Program-made: the position numbers and the translations under genes
The notes under the pieces: generated by a model
What the model was told of the DNA's origin: nothing
Database searches by the model: none
Seen by the model: only the letters and a program-made list of their open reading frames with translations
Shown here: positions 38,618 through 52,132 of the stretch, piece by piece
Position numbering within the stretch: position 1 is the first letter of the stretch
Layout of the letters: every line of letters starts with the position of its first letter
Origin: Malacoraja senta
Taxonomy: Eukaryota
Length of the DNA stretch: 64,000 nt
Assembly: GCA_038087875.1 (NCBI GenBank)
Contig: CM075989.1
Location: 19,346,001-19,410,000, forward strand
Direction of reading: 5' to 3'

Positions 38618-39155
38618 GGTCGGCGGTGGCAGCCGGTCTCTGGGCCGTCGCCCGACTCGGGACGGGAGGGAGTGAGTGGAGGAGGCGCAGGAGTGAGGAG
38701 GGCGAGGTGTGAACTGACGAGTCCCCCCCTCTCTCTCACCCCTCCTCCCTCCCCAGTGGGCGACTGGCGGGCCCACCGCCTCACGGCCCGGGCGTCATCG
38801 TGAGGGATGATCCAGCGGATGAAGTCCACAAGCAGCCGAGTTTATTGCGGGGACAGAGAGTGAGAGAGAGGAAGGGGACGGTATGACAGCGCGGTCGCCG
38901 TGTCCGTCCGACTGACCGGTCCGTGCCGATCTCTGGTCACCACTTCACCGCCGCCGCCTCCATGTTGTCAAAACACAGGGCTCTCATCCTCCTCCTCCCC
39001 GCCCCCCATCCCCCCCGGCCTGCCCGCCTGCCCGCCCGCCCCGCCGCCGCCCTCACGTCACCACGCCCCTCCCCCTCTACTGACGTCACCGCGTCCCGCC
39101 GCCCCTCCCCCTCTTCTGACGTCAGCGCGCCCCCACGCCCGCTCGGCTGGCCCGC

Positions 39156-39194
39156 GTTGCCATGGAGACCGGGCCCGGACGCCGCTCGCCTCAG
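39156..39194 (+). other. Candidate short first exon of a divergent plus-strand transcript
   Basis: RFX X-box followed by the donor CAG|GTAACG at 39194/39195; the 5' boundary is uncertain. Confidence 0.45.
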
Positions 39195-39204
39195 GTAACG
39201 TGGA

Positions 39205-40080
39205 TAAAGTTCAGTCAAGAGTCAAAAGTGTTTTATTGTCATATGCCCCAGATAGAACAACTAAATTCTTACTTGCAGCAGCACAACAGAATATGTAAAC
39301 GTACTGAACATAAACATGATCATATAGAGGTGCAGAAAACCATGAGGAATAGATCGGTTTGATGCACAGAGTCTCTTGCCCAGAGTCTCTTGCCCAGAGT
39401 CGGTGAATCGAGAACCCGAGGGCATAGGTTTAAGGTGAAGGGGAAATTATTTAATAGGAATCTGAGGGGTTACGTTTTCACACAAACGATGTTGGGTGCA
39501 TGGAACAAGGTGCTGGAGGAGGTAGTTGAGGCAGGGACTATCCCAACGTTTAACGAACAGTTAGGCAGGTACATGGAAGGGCCAATTTTGGAGGCATAAT
39601 GGACCAAAGGTGGGACTAGTGTAGCTGGGATATATTGGCCGCTGTGGGCAAGATAGGCCAAAGGGCATGTTTCCACATTGTATCACTCTATGACTCTAGT
39701 ATTCTGTAAACAACATAATAATAAACGAGAAAGAATAGAGTTCAGTGTGTATATACATGCACAAATATACGTTTGGACCTTATCCCTCCAAACCTGTCCT
39801 AGCCATGTACCTGTCTAACTGTTTCTTAAGTGCTGTGATAGTCACAGCCTCAACTATCTACTCCGGCAGCTTGTTCCATACACCCTTTGTGTGAAAAAGT
39901 TACCCCTCAGATTCCTATTAAATAGTTTCCCCTTCACCTGAAACCTATGTCCTCTGGTCCTTGATTCACCTACTCTGGGCAAGGTAGAACACTGAAATTC
40001 TTACTTGCAGCAGCACAACAAAATCTGTAAACATATTACACTGTAAGCAATATAATAAATGAGAAAGAAAAAAAGAACAA
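39205..40080. mobile_element. Nested LINE 3' ends (Rex1/Babar-like minus; CR1-like plus ~39320-39695 and minus ~39770-39985)
   Basis: Similarity to the 3' UTR at 63100-63226 and to CR1-type 3' ends elsewhere in the window. Confidence 0.65.
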
Positions 40081-40084
40081 TGTG

Positions 40085-40141
40085 TGTATATATACACACA
40101 CACATATATATGTATATACATATATGTATGCATATATACAT

Positions 40142-40177
<36 letters not shown>
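40085..40177. repeat. (TA)/(CA)n microsatellite
   Basis: Seen directly. Confidence 0.95.
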
Positions 40178-40184
<7 letters not shown>

Positions 40185-40312
40185 GTAAGAAAGAACTGCA
40201 GATGCTGGTTTAAATCAAAGGTAGACACAAAATGCTAGAGTAACTCAGCAGGTGAGGCAGCATCTCTGGAGAGAAGGAATGGGCGACGTTTCAGGTTGAG
40301 ACCCTTCTTCAG

Positions 40313-40516
40313 ACCAAAGATCCTATAGCGAGCAAGATAGTCCACTCGACGAAAAAGATGTAGTACGGTCATGGGCAGAGGCATGGGTAATCTTCGGCCC
40401 CATTTCCGTAACCGGCTTCCGTCTCCGCACCAAAGATCCCAAACGGAGCAAAGATACTAGTGTGGAGACGGAAGCCATCTACGGAAACATCCTCGTAAAA
40501 ATCAAAGATCTTTGGT
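40313..40516 (+). mobile_element. ~200-bp non-coding element with 10-bp TIRs and an internal long inverted repeat
   Basis: ACCAAAGATC...GATCTTTGGT termini; internal IR 40403-40430/40460-40487; second copy inverted at ~59728-59916. Confidence 0.7.
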
Positions 40517-41496
40517 AAAAATCTTCTCCTCATTTTCTTTCTGCTTCTCTGCCTCACAATAAAAAGGAAAAATATGCCTATGTTCCTTCCACAGCGTGTG
40601 GGAAGTCTGGCCCGGATCAGCACGGCTGGGACGCCAAGGTAAAGTTGCTGGGAGGTTTGCAATGTATTTTTATGTAATGTTGTCCCTTGTCTGGGCCTGG
40701 TGTCCGAAATAAAGTTTATCATTATATATAAAAATCTGGAGAAATATATATGTGTGTCTTATATGATTATATACATCTATATCTGTATGTGTGTTCTTTC
40801 CTACACAATCTAATCAGTTGTATGCTCGCTGAATAAAACCATCCTTAAGTTATACATCATTTTTTAATCTAGCCCAAAACAATTTCTATTTTATTAAATA
40901 CTTCATTTAGATAACCCCACCATTACAGACAGACCTCATTCCACTCTCTGACTATTGGGAAGACCAGACCAATTTTATGAAGAAAGGTCTCGACCCGAAA
41001 CATCGCCCATTCCTTCTCTCCAGAGATGCTGCCTCACCCGCTGAGTTACTCCAGCATTTTGTGTCTACACACACAAACATATATATATACACACACACGT
41101 ACACATATAAAACAAACAATAACAGTGCAAAAAGACAAAACCAATGCCCCCAAATCTATGTGGTTCAGAGTTTATCTGGAGCTTTATTTATTTAGTTTAG
41201 TTTACTCTCACATGTACAGAGGTACAGTGAAAAGCTTTTGTGCGTGCTATCCAGTCAGCGGAAAGACAATACATGATTATGCTGGAGTAACTCAACAGGT
41301 CAGACAGCATCACTATAGAAAAGGAATTGGTGACATTTCAGGTCGAGACCCTTCAGACTGGGTCCCGACCCGAAACATGACCTATTCCTTTTCTCCAGAG
41401 ATGCTGCCCGAGCCGAAGAATCACTCAAACTTTCTGTGTTTAAACCAGCATCTACAGTTCCTTCCTACACATTTTGTCTGCAGTTCCTACACATGA

Positions 41497-42626
41497 TAAA
41501 GCACACGGTATTGGGGGTTCAGTATTGATGTGGATAGAGAACTGGCTGGCAGACAGGAAGCAAAGAGTAGGAGTAAACGGGTCCTTTTCAGAATGGCAGG
41601 CAGTGACTAGTGGGGTACCGCAAGGCTCAGTGCTGGGATCCCAGCTATTTACAATATATATTAATGATCTGAATGAGGGAATTGAATGCAACATCTCCAA
41701 GTTTGCGGATGACACGAAGCTGGGGGGCAGTGTTAGCTGTGAGGAGGATGCTAGGAGGCTGCAAGGTTGGATAGGTTGGGTGAGTGGGCAAATGCATGGC
41801 AGATGCAGTATAATGTGGATAAATGTGCGGTTATCCACTTTGGTGGCAAAAACAGGAAAGTAGACTATTATCTGAATGGTGGCCGATTAGGAAAAGGGGA
41901 GATGCAACGAGACCTGGGTGTCATGGTACACCAGTCATTGAAAGTAGGCATGCAGGTGCAGCAGGCAGTGAAGAAAACAAATGGTATGTTAGCATTCATA
42001 GCAAAAGGATTTGAGTATAAGAGCAGGGAGGTTCTACTGCAGTTGTACAGGGTCTTGGTGAGACCACACCTGGAGTATTGCATACAATTTTGGTCTCCTA
42101 ATCTGAGGAAAGACATTCTTGCCATAGAGGGAGTACAGAGAAGGTTCACCAGACTGATTCCTGGGATGGCAGGACTTTCATATGAAGAAAGACTGGATAG
42201 ACTCGGCTTGTACACGCTAGAATTTAGAAGATTGAGGGGGGATCTTATAGAAACTTACAAAATTCTTAAGGGGTTGGACAGGCTAGATGCAGGAAGATTA
42301 TTCCCGATGTTGGGGAAGTCCAGAACTAGGGGTCACAGTTTAAGGATAAGAGAAGTCTTTTAGGACCGAGATGAGAAAATCATTTTTTACACATAGAGTG
42401 GTGAATCTGTGGAATTCTCTGCCACAGAAGGTAGTTGAGGCCAGTTCATTGGCTATATTTAAGAGGGAGTTAGATGTGGCCCTTGTGGCTAAAGGGATCA
42501 GGGGGTATGGAGAGAAGGCAGGGATGGGATACTGAGTTGGATGATCAGCCATGATCATATCGAATGGCGGTGCAGGCTCGAAGGGCCGAATGGCCTACTC
42601 CTGCACCTATTTTCTATGTTTCTATG
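41497..42626 (+). mobile_element. 5'-truncated CR1 LINE, same family as 1417-4649
   Basis: Closely similar RT C-terminal half ([13 protein letters not shown]) and 3' UTR; frameshifts near 41767 and 42352. Confidence 0.96.
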
Positions 42627-42974
42627 ATTATGCTTCTCCTCAAAGGCCTTCCCTTTGCTGTGCTGGCATGGGGCAAAGTCACTGATTGAGGGGGCAAAAG
42701 GTTAAACTAATTGGGAGGAGGGAATAAAGGGATTTGCATTTGTTTAGCACCTTTTATATTATAATGCTGAGAATTACATTCTGCACCCTGTAACTTCCCT
42801 TTGGCTATATCTGTTGTACCTGAGATTGACTTCATTGTATTTATGTATGATATTATCTGATTTGTTAGCATACAAAACAACGTTTTTTCCATTGTACCAC
42901 AGTACACATGATAATAATAACCATAACATACCTTTCAGTCTCCCCCAAAGCAGCCAATGAAGAAATGTTGGAAA

Positions 42975-43380
42975 CGCTTGGGCAGTCTACATCCTGGTGG
43001 CCTGAACATTGAATTCTCCCAATTCTGCTAGCCCTTGCTGTCCCCTCCCCTTCATCAGCCATCTGGCTGTCTCCTCCCCTCCCCCAGCCCTCGGGCTCCT
43101 CCTCCGCCTTTTTCCTTTTTTCCTTTCTTCTCCCCACCCCCTATCAGTCTGAAGAAGGGTTTTGGCCCAAAACGTTACCTATTTCCTTCGCTCCATAGAT
43201 GCTGCTGCACCCGCTGAGTTTCTCCAGCATTTTTGTGTACCTGTTGGAAGCACATGTCTGTTTGTCGGAACAAAAGAAACAGGAGGGAGACACAAAATGC
43301 TGGAGTAACTCAGCGGGTCAGGCAGCATCTCTGGAGGGACGGAATGTGTGACGTTTCAGGTCAAGACCCTTCTTCAGACT
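42975..43380. mobile_element. Penelope-like 3' fragment (+, 42975-43240) and terminal-repeat fragment (-, 43285-43380)
   Basis: CGCTTGGGCAGTCTACATCC...TGAATTCTCC (end of GIY-YIG coding sequence), then CTGAAGAAGGGTTTTGGCCCAAAACGTT; minus copy GACGTTTCAGGTCAAGACCCTTCTTCAG. Confidence 0.8.
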
Positions 43381-43984
43381 GAAGCAGGAAGCCAGTCTTA
43401 GAGAGTTTAATTGTCTTATCTATCTGGAACAGACCAATGAAGCTGCAGCTTTACAGGCTCATTAACACAATAAAGTTAATTCATGCATTAAAGTCCTGCC
43501 TTTCAAGTGGTTCATCCAATCTTGGCCTCATTATGCTTTTTCCTACATCCATGACTCATCATTTAAATGTCGGCCAATTTTCACCTTGAATATATTTACT
43601 AACTGTACCACAGCGCACTAGGGTAAAGAATTCATAAATCCTAGAGTGAATAAAATCCAATTCATCTCTCTCATCTCGGAAAAATGTATAAGAGCCCGAA
43701 AAATAGGATCTCCAGACTCAAGAACAGCTTCTTCCCAACTCTTGAACACTGCACAACACTTTAACCTCAGCAACTGGAATCTGCTATGCATTTGGGTTTT
43801 GAACTATTATGGTCTGGTTACCGAAAATTACTGATTATTTATTGTATTATTGTATATTTTGTGTGCTGTTGGGCAGACAAAGCTGCAGCTAGAGAATGTC
43901 ATTGTTCTGTTGCGGGTACATATGACTATTAAATAATCTTGACTTGTTTGTTTCTCTTTGTCTTAAATGAGTGACTTCTTATCA

Positions 43985-44360
43985 GTAGATAGACACAAAA
44001 TGCTTGAGTAACTCAGTGGGACAGGAAGCATCTCTGGAGAGAAGGGATGGGTGACGTATCGGGTCAAGACCCTTCTTCACTCTGAAGATTATGGGGAGAA
44101 GGCAGGAAAATGGGATCAGGAGGCAGAGATCAGCCATGATTGAATGGCAGAGTAGACTTGATGGGCCGAATAGCCTAATTCTACTCCTATAACTTGTGAA
44201 CTTGTGAGTCTGAAGAAGTCTCAGTCTGAAGAAGGGATTCGACCCAAAACGTCACCTAATGCCTTATCTCCAGATGATGCTGCCTGTTCCGCTGAGTTAC
44301 TATAGCATTTTGTGTCTATCTTCGATTTAAACCAGCATCTGCAGTTCCTTCTTACAGACT
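43985..44360. mobile_element. Inverted Penelope-derived pair enclosing a CR1 3' tail (44088-44207)
   Basis: Minus copy 43985-44080, CR1 3' UTR with (ACTTGTGA)n tail, plus copy 44223-44357. Confidence 0.75.
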
Positions 44361-44369
44361 TCCATATCA

Positions 44370-45450
44370 GTTCAGCCTAATTCTTGGTACTCCCACTTTT
44401 GAAACCCTTGTTTATCCTCTCTGCAAATCTAACAATCCCTCTCAGAATTGTACATGTTTCACTAAGATTTACCCCTCATTCTATTTTCTATAATAGATAT
44501 GTCCAACATGCCCAATATTTCTTCATCCATCAACTTCTCCATCCAACTTTATACTCTATATCCCTTGCAATAAAGGCTAATATTCCCTTAACCGTCCAAT
44601 TTCTTGCTGTATCTTCGTACTAACCTTCTTGCTTCTTATACTAGAGTTTCCATTGGCATTTGATTGCACCATTTTATTTTCTAACTATTTAAATAATTTG
44701 CTTTTCATTGTACCTTTCTATAATCAATTACCTTATCTCTTCCCACATAACATCGCAACTAATAACTTCTTCCCTGTTGTTCACGTAACCTATCTATATA
44801 TTTTTCTAAACTCTGGGTCCTCTTCCCAACCTCTCTAAGATACACTATATATTTAACTAGAGTTTTCTCAAGCGTATCAACATAGATTATAAATAGATGA
44901 GGCCTCAGCACTGATCCCTGTGGCATCATACTAGTTACTGGTCATTAATCTGAAAATGACCCATGTTTCCTGATTCTCTGTCTTCCATCTGATATTCAAC
45001 CCCCACATTCTGCACTCTTATTATGTGCAGTAACTTACATGTGGTACAATATCAAACGTCTTGGACCACATGCAACAGCCTTTGATGTGGTACATCATCC
45101 AATGTCTTCTGAAAATTAATGTAATATGTCTTTATATAATATATGTAATATTCCTTTACATCTGCCCGGCATGTTAATCCTCAAAGAACTTCAGCAAATT
45201 TGTCGGACACACTTTCTCTTTCACAAAACTATTAACTTTCCTTTATTGTCTTCAAAATGTCCTGATAATATCTTCTTAACAATGGACTCTAATCTTTTCC
45301 CAATGACAGCCACTATAATTTTATGCTTTCCGGCCCTCTCATTTTATTTGAACAGTGGTGTTGCATTTGCTGTGGTTTTACAAGTTTCCAGGACCTCTTC
45401 AGAATCCAGGGAATTTGGAGAGATTTTAACCAGCACATTCCCTATCTCTG
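44370..45450 (-). mobile_element. Old degenerate CR1 RT remnant
   Basis: GGCCTCAGCACTGATCCCTGTGG at ~44901 corresponds to minus-strand PQGSVL; other weak RT remnants flank it. Confidence 0.5.
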
Positions 45451-45792
45451 CAATCTGCTTATGTCTATTTCCATTTTAAAATATCTCCTCCTCCTGATCC
45501 CCCCACAATTCAAAAGGTATGATCCCCTCCCACCACCCCAAGCCCTGCACGGGTTCATTCATTAGACCAAATAACACAATCATTTTTGGTACCTTAAGGT
45601 AAAAATATTCTCTGCAATTGTCAGAAGGGATAGATAGGCCTTTGATATCTGCCTAGATTTCTGTGCTTGCATCTCTGGAATGGATGGCGAGGGAAGTTTT
45701 GGAGGGAAAAGTAGAATCAACTGAACAATGTATAACACAGTAATTAGATGAAGACCGAGGAAAAAACCTTCACCAACTTAAAAAATACTTAA

Positions 45793-46445
45793 GGGCGGCA
45801 CAGTGGCGCAGCAGCAGAGCTGCTGCATTACTGTGCCAGAGACCCAGCTTGATTCCTAACTATGGGTGGTGTCTATGCAGAGTTTGTACATTCTGCGTGC
45901 CTACATCGGTTTTCTCCAGGTGCTCCAATTTCCTCCAACATTTCAAATGGTCTCCCATTGCCGGTTTATCGGTTTCTGTAAATTGCCCCCAGTGTATAGG
46001 ATGCAAAAGTGGGATGACATAGAACTAGTGTATGGGTGATCGATGGTCAGCATCAGTGGGTCAGAAAGGGGCCTGTTTTCATGCTGTATCTCTAAACTAA
46101 CCTTGAACAGAATGGTGGAATAGATAGGGTAAATGCACGTCTATTACCCAGAATAAGGGAATATAGAACCAGAGGGCATAGGTTCAAGGTGCGTGGGAAA
46201 GATTTAATAGGAACACGAGGAGAAACTATTTCACACAAAGGCTGGTGGGTATAAGGAATGAGCTGCCAGAGGAAGTAGTTGAGTCAGGTACTGTAACAAG
46301 ATTTAAAAAGCCATTTGGACAGATACATGGTTTAGAGGGATATGGGCCAAACATACGCAGGTGGGACTAGTATAGATGGGTGATCTCGGTCAGCATGGGG
46401 AAGTTGGGTTAAAGGGCCTGTTACCATGCTATATGACTCTATGAC
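45793..46445 (+). mobile_element. V-domain SINE followed by a CR1-type 3' end
   Basis: GGGCGGCACAGTGGCGCAGC head to CTAAACTAA tail (~46100), then AGAACCAGAGGGCATAGG...TATGACTCTATGAC. Confidence 0.75.
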
Positions 46446-46849
46446 ACTTTATTTGCTTTTACCAGATGAGCACAGACTGAAGGCACAGAAGTAGAATTGG
46501 TATGAATTGCCCTAGTTTTGGGGCCACATTCATACACAATAGGCTGAAAGGCTTTGTACTGTGCTCTTATTTTCTATGTTTCCATTCTATGACATTAATA
46601 GAGTTAACAAACCATTTAAAGCTCCCAGTAAGATGCAGTTTATTTTTGAGGGGGTGGGTGATAACATTAACAAAGTGAAATGGGGGCAAGCTTGAATCTT
46701 TGTGGGGATGGTGGTAGAGTGGGAAGAAACTATAGAAATCCTACCTTTTGGATTAGGGGAGATATTACTAAATACAAACATGAGTGGAAGTTGATTCAAA
46801 GGACTGAGCCCCAATTTATTCACTATTGACAGTTCCATTACCTAATACA

Positions 46850-47200
46850 TACTCAGCCCACTGGCTCCACCTCTTCCTTTCTTCTTCCCACACCCCCACC
46901 CTCACATCAGTCTGAAGAAGGGTTTCGGCCCGAAACGTTGCCTATTTCCTTCGCTCCATAGATGCTGCCTCACCCGTTGAGTTTCTCCAGCATGTTTGTC
47001 TACATGCTCAACCAACCCTTCTCTTCAATTATCCATTCTGTTTTCTACAGTCAACAGCTCCAGGTCAGAATGTTATAGATTCCAGACATAAAGAGACCTA
47101 AGATAGATACAAATTGCTGGAGTAACTCAGTGGGTCAGGCAGCATATCTCGAGAAAAAGGTATAGGTGATGTTTCGGGTCAGAACCCTTCTTCAGACATC
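46850..47200. mobile_element. Opposed Penelope-derived terminal-repeat copies
   Basis: Plus copy with intact CTGAAGAAGGGTTTCGGCCCGAAACGTT (46912-46939); minus copy 47100-47197. Confidence 0.8.
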
Positions 47201-48074
47201 TTCAGTTCCAAAATCCTAGCTGACACCCAGAACAGTACTAAGATACCATGCACTTTCAGATTTGCTGTCATTTGGATGAAAAATTAAACCATACCATATT
47301 TTCTTTCTCAGGTGAACCCTGGGTCTATTCTGGTTATGCACCCAAACGTCCAGTGATCAGGGACAAAGACATTAAGCTCTGTGGAAGCAGAGATTGCTAG
47401 AGTAATAAATACTCTCTCATATTAGTTGTTTATCAAAGGAAGGAGTACTGAAAGGATCTCAGTCGAAATGAAGTTTTGAGAGAGAAAATAACCGTTTTCT
47501 TAATGAAAGGCTGGAAATAGCGGTGGAATGGGATTGAACAACTAACTGTGGGTATGTAGTTTGGCCTGAGTCATAAATATTCCATGGTCCTCCAATCAGC
47601 ATCACCATAACAAATGATGTGGTCATTATCATGTTATTTATGGGTGTTTGCTGTGTAGAAATTGGCTGTATTTACAACATTATAATTATAATTACTTTTC
47701 AAATGTACTAATTTAGTGTAAAATTATCTGTGAATTGCTGAAAGCTATGTAGGAAGAGCAAGCATTCCTTTCGTTCACTTATAACTGTAGATAGTTTGCA
47801 AAATAATGACCGTTCAAGAAAATCTCTGTAATATTAATTATCAATTGATCTCCAGGATTGTTCCACATGAAAGTAAGATGAAGCATAATCATTGGCAGAG
47901 CTAGAACATAATTGAATTAGTGAATCTGTTCTGATGAATGTTCCAGGGCCTGATATCTGCCTGCCTGTTGAGTGTTTTTGTTTCTTGATTTCAGATTAAC
48001 GGCGTCTACATTAAAAAAAAAAAAAAAAGATTTAGTGGCAATTGCCAATAAATCCATTCCTGATCTGGGGCATC

Positions 48075-48368
48075 TTTAGACTTGAGATACAGCTTGGAAC
48101 GAGGCCATTTGGCGTACCAAGTCCGTGGGACCAGCGATTACCCCGTACACTAGATCTATCCTACACACTAGGGACAATTTATAGACACTAATTAACCTAC
48201 AAAACCCACAGGTGTTAGAATGTGGAAGGAAACTGGGGAACGGAGAAAACCCACACAGTCACAGGGAGAACATACAAACTCCATACGGACAGCATCTGAG
48301 GTCAGAATCGAACCCAGGTCTCAGGCGCTGTTAGGCAGCAGCTCTACCGCTCCACCACTGTGCTGCCC
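48075..48368 (-). mobile_element. V-domain SINE
   Basis: Minus-strand head GGGCAGCACAGTGGTGGAGCGGTAGAG, B box GGTTCGATTC. Confidence 0.8.
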
Positions 48369-51300
48369 AAATGCACTTTTTAGTGGCCACTGTTTAATGC
48401 ACTACTCTATCTCCGAATGAATCTTTGATGCAGAGTGAAATGCAGCATATACAGAATAGAAACAGCCTATTCAGTCTAACCAGTCCATGCCACAATTATG
48501 TTCCAGTCAAGACTCTTGTCTTTCTTATTCAATTCCATCAGCACAGCACTCCATTGTAATCTCTTTCATGTGCTTTTTAGCATCCAACAGCATTTATTAT
48601 ATTTGTCTGAACTACTGCTAGTAACGTTCCACGTGCTCAACTCTCTAGATAGAAGTGGCTTCTAAACTCTTGATTCCTACCAAAAACGATAATGATTTTG
48701 AATATCTGTTAAATCTTCTCAGAATTTTGTTTCCTCCAATATTTAAAAAAAAAGGCTTCTCCATTCTTTTCAGAAACTTTCACCAATGATACCAATCTGG
48801 TGTTGGTGTGGAGACACAAGGAACTGCACATGCTGGAATCTTGAGCAAAACACAAAGTGCTGGAGGAACTCTGCGGGTCAGGCAGCATCTGGGGAGGGAT
48901 GGGACAGGTGGTGTTTCAGGTCTGAAGAGGGTCCTCCCCCCCACCCCCCCGAAACATCACCTGTTCATTCCTTCCACAAATGCGTTTTTGCACAGATCTT
49001 GTGTTGTATATCTTTATTATTCTGAATAGAGTTTATTGTGGAAATTACAAAAAGATTGAAGAACCAGCCACATTTTCTCAAAACCACTGCATTGCACATT
49101 GTATTATTCTCCAGTATAATCTTTCACAGACAATTTACAAATGTATTGAAATCATATTTAAGTAGTATAATTATCTTGGCAGTACAGTATGTTATCTATT
49201 AATCTTCTTAATTGACCTATAATGACTTGCCCTCAACAATTAATCTTTACAACATGCAGAGCCTCTGGTTAAAAGAGCTGTTTATGAAACTATCAGACGC
49301 CCAAAGTCACCGCCATTGCCAATTTCATTTGACCGAGGAAACAAAATGTTGGAGGGACTCAGTGGGCCAGCTGCATCCAGGAAGGGAATGGACAGATGAC
49401 ATTTCGGGTCAGCATCTTTCATTGCTTGTCCATTCCCTCCCCAGATGCTGTGTTTTGTTCTGGGTTCCAGCATCTGCAGTTTCTTGTGTCTCCATTTCAT
49501 CAGTCCCTATTCTGTTTATTAATTCTCTTTAAGCTTTTCTCCTTTTTGTTCTTTGACCAAATATATATCCTGCATCATGCTCCCTGCACATATCAATTCT
49601 GCCTACTCTCGATTTTGCCACTCTAGCTGAAAACTTAGCTCGTCTCGGTTTTAGTAATTTTCACATTCTTCAAGCTGTTCATTTGTAGAACCTAACAGCC
49701 CCAACAAATGATTTATACCCAAAATGTCATCAGTCATGTTTTCTTGCCAGATGGTGTTTGACCCGCCGTCTTCAACATTTTCCACTTTGCTGAGATCTTT
49801 TAATTTCAATCTCACGGGATCCGTCCTCATGTTTAGTTTCCCGTGTTCATATTACATCCATTTCTCATATCCCTGCAGCAACGACATAAATTCTTGAAAC
49901 AATTTGATTCTGTTGTCAAGATTGAAATTAGGTGAAAATGCAACTGCTGGCTCACAGAATTTGAACTAAGCAAGTGCCAATGTAATGCTGCCATTTAATA
50001 AGTAAAGCTGTTTCTGCCTGTAATAAATACTTGTTTTTAAAATTATTCTCCATTGCTTGATGTTTTTATTAGAAGATGTTAAATTGAAGGTGCCAGTGAA
50101 TTGTTATACCAGATGAACAGTTGTTATCAAAATCCCACTATTTTATCCTTCTCTGTTAAGTTGGAAAGGGTGCAGAAGGGATTCACCAGGATGTTACCTC
50201 GGCTTGAGTTATAGGGAGAGGTTGGAACTATTTTCTTTGGAGTATACTAGGCTAAGGAGTGACCTTAGGTGGACAAGATTATGAGAGGCATGGATAAAGT
50301 AAACGCTCACTATCTTTTATTTCCCAAGGTAAAAGATTCTAAATTTAGAGGGCATAGGCTTAAAATTATTCAAGAGGGACCATAGGGGCAACGTTTTCCA
50401 CTCAGAGGGCAGTCCATATCTAGAATGAGTAGCCAGAGGAAGCTTATAGAAGCAGATCCAATTACAACTTTTAAAAGGCATTTGGACAGATAAAGATAGT
50501 AAGGATTGAGAGGACTCTGCCGAACGCTGGCAAATTGGATGTCCAACATTCCAACTTGGTTGGTATGGACAAGGTGGGCCAAAGGGCCTGTTACCTTGTT
50601 GTATCACCCAAGGACTCTGATTTACTGAGGCAACAAATGGTTAAAGTAAATGAGGCCGATTCCAAATACATACATGTATTTTAATTATGTGTTTATTCAT
50701 GTGTTTATTAATGGTATATGGACACACTGATCTGTTTTGTAGTCAATGCCTACTATGTTCTGTTGTGCTGAAGCAAAGCAAGAATTTAATTGTCCTATCA
50801 GGGACACATGACAATAAACTCACTTAATCAATAAGAATTTAAACATTTTTCCAGGAATCAATAGACCAGGCACTCTCTTGTTTGAAAGCCACTTGCAAGC
50901 TTCCAACATAGGAATAGGAATACTTTATTGTCACATATGACTAGGCACAGTGAGATTATTTGCTTGCATACATAATGTATACAAATAGCAGCAACCTACA
51001 GCGCTGACAAAGTTACAAAGCATGCTGACTCCCCATGCTATATCATGAATTAATTCATGATTAGTTGATCGGACAAAGGTCTTCAAGTGTGTTCTCCAAG
51101 TTTCTGTTTCTAGCTGATGATGGAATCATGCAAGTCTGGAGCATTGTTACATATTTAATAAAGTGAGATCTTGTTTCCCCCAATTTCTTTTTCAGCAAGG
51201 GGTTAGTGAATGTGGGCCCTTTGGGAAATGTGGTTTGGGTTACGAGTTAAATCTTCAGGAGTTTGAACATTTTGCTAGCTACAGTTTCAAATGGAAAAGA

Positions 51301-52132
51301 GTCCTTTTCATGAGAATCACAAAAATCACGAGTGAAGCAGCCAGGCATCACATTATTGTTAATGGTGCTCCTGAGGTCCAGTTCACAATCTCCAAACAGT
51401 TGTTGGAAACATTTTCTTTCAACTCACTTGAAGTGCATTGTTTTCCTTATGCTAATTGTGCAAGGAGACATTGAAGTCTTTGCATCGAAGTAAACTTGCA
51501 ATGTTGTTTAACCCAATACAGTTGAGTTAAAACATTTGCCAATCATAATTCACTGAAATGAATGATCAAAACAGTAAAAATGAATATCATAAAGCAAAGA
51601 ATATCCAAAACAAATACATATTTTACTAACTTAATGGAAAAAAGCTAGAAATCTGAAATGAAACTCATTTATTCTCAACTATTTGCAAATGAGATTATAT
51701 AGTAATGCATTTATCAAAATAATTGATGTGTTTTCCATATGTATGGAGTCAGACAAATCAGCAGAGACATTCCAGGACCATTTCCAAATAAATACACTGC
51801 AGTTTTGTAGTAGACTTTAAACATTTTGTATTATTAATGTGCATCTCTGAAATGAAAGTTGCAGACTTAATAGCACCTACACTTTCAAGAGCGAACTCAT
51901 AAATAAGGTGATATTTCTGGATTACCACTTTATTGCTAATAGCAACTGAAAAACAGTAAACAAACTATGACTGTAGTGTAGTACAGTGATGTACATTACT
52001 CACCGACGACAAGTAGAGTTGCTACAGAGGTACCGCCCAACAAAGTTGTTTTGTTCCGAGTGGTCCCCGCAGTTATTAATGGCCTTTCTAGAAACTGCTC
52101 TGCAATCTAATTGAGTGGTTAATCCAGATGAG

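Larger units (their letters stand above)
38530..39200. promoter_or_regulatory. CpG island / probable bidirectional promoter
   Basis: Abrupt GC and CpG enrichment in non-TE sequence; multiple GC boxes; CRE TGACGTCA at 39081 and 39117; X-box GTTGCCATGGAGAC at 39156-39169; outward-facing splice donors on both strands. Confidence 0.88.

Noticed and set aside
38900..39298. Pro- and Gly/Arg-rich ORFs across the CpG island
   Set aside because: Expected from GC content; they overlap promoter motifs
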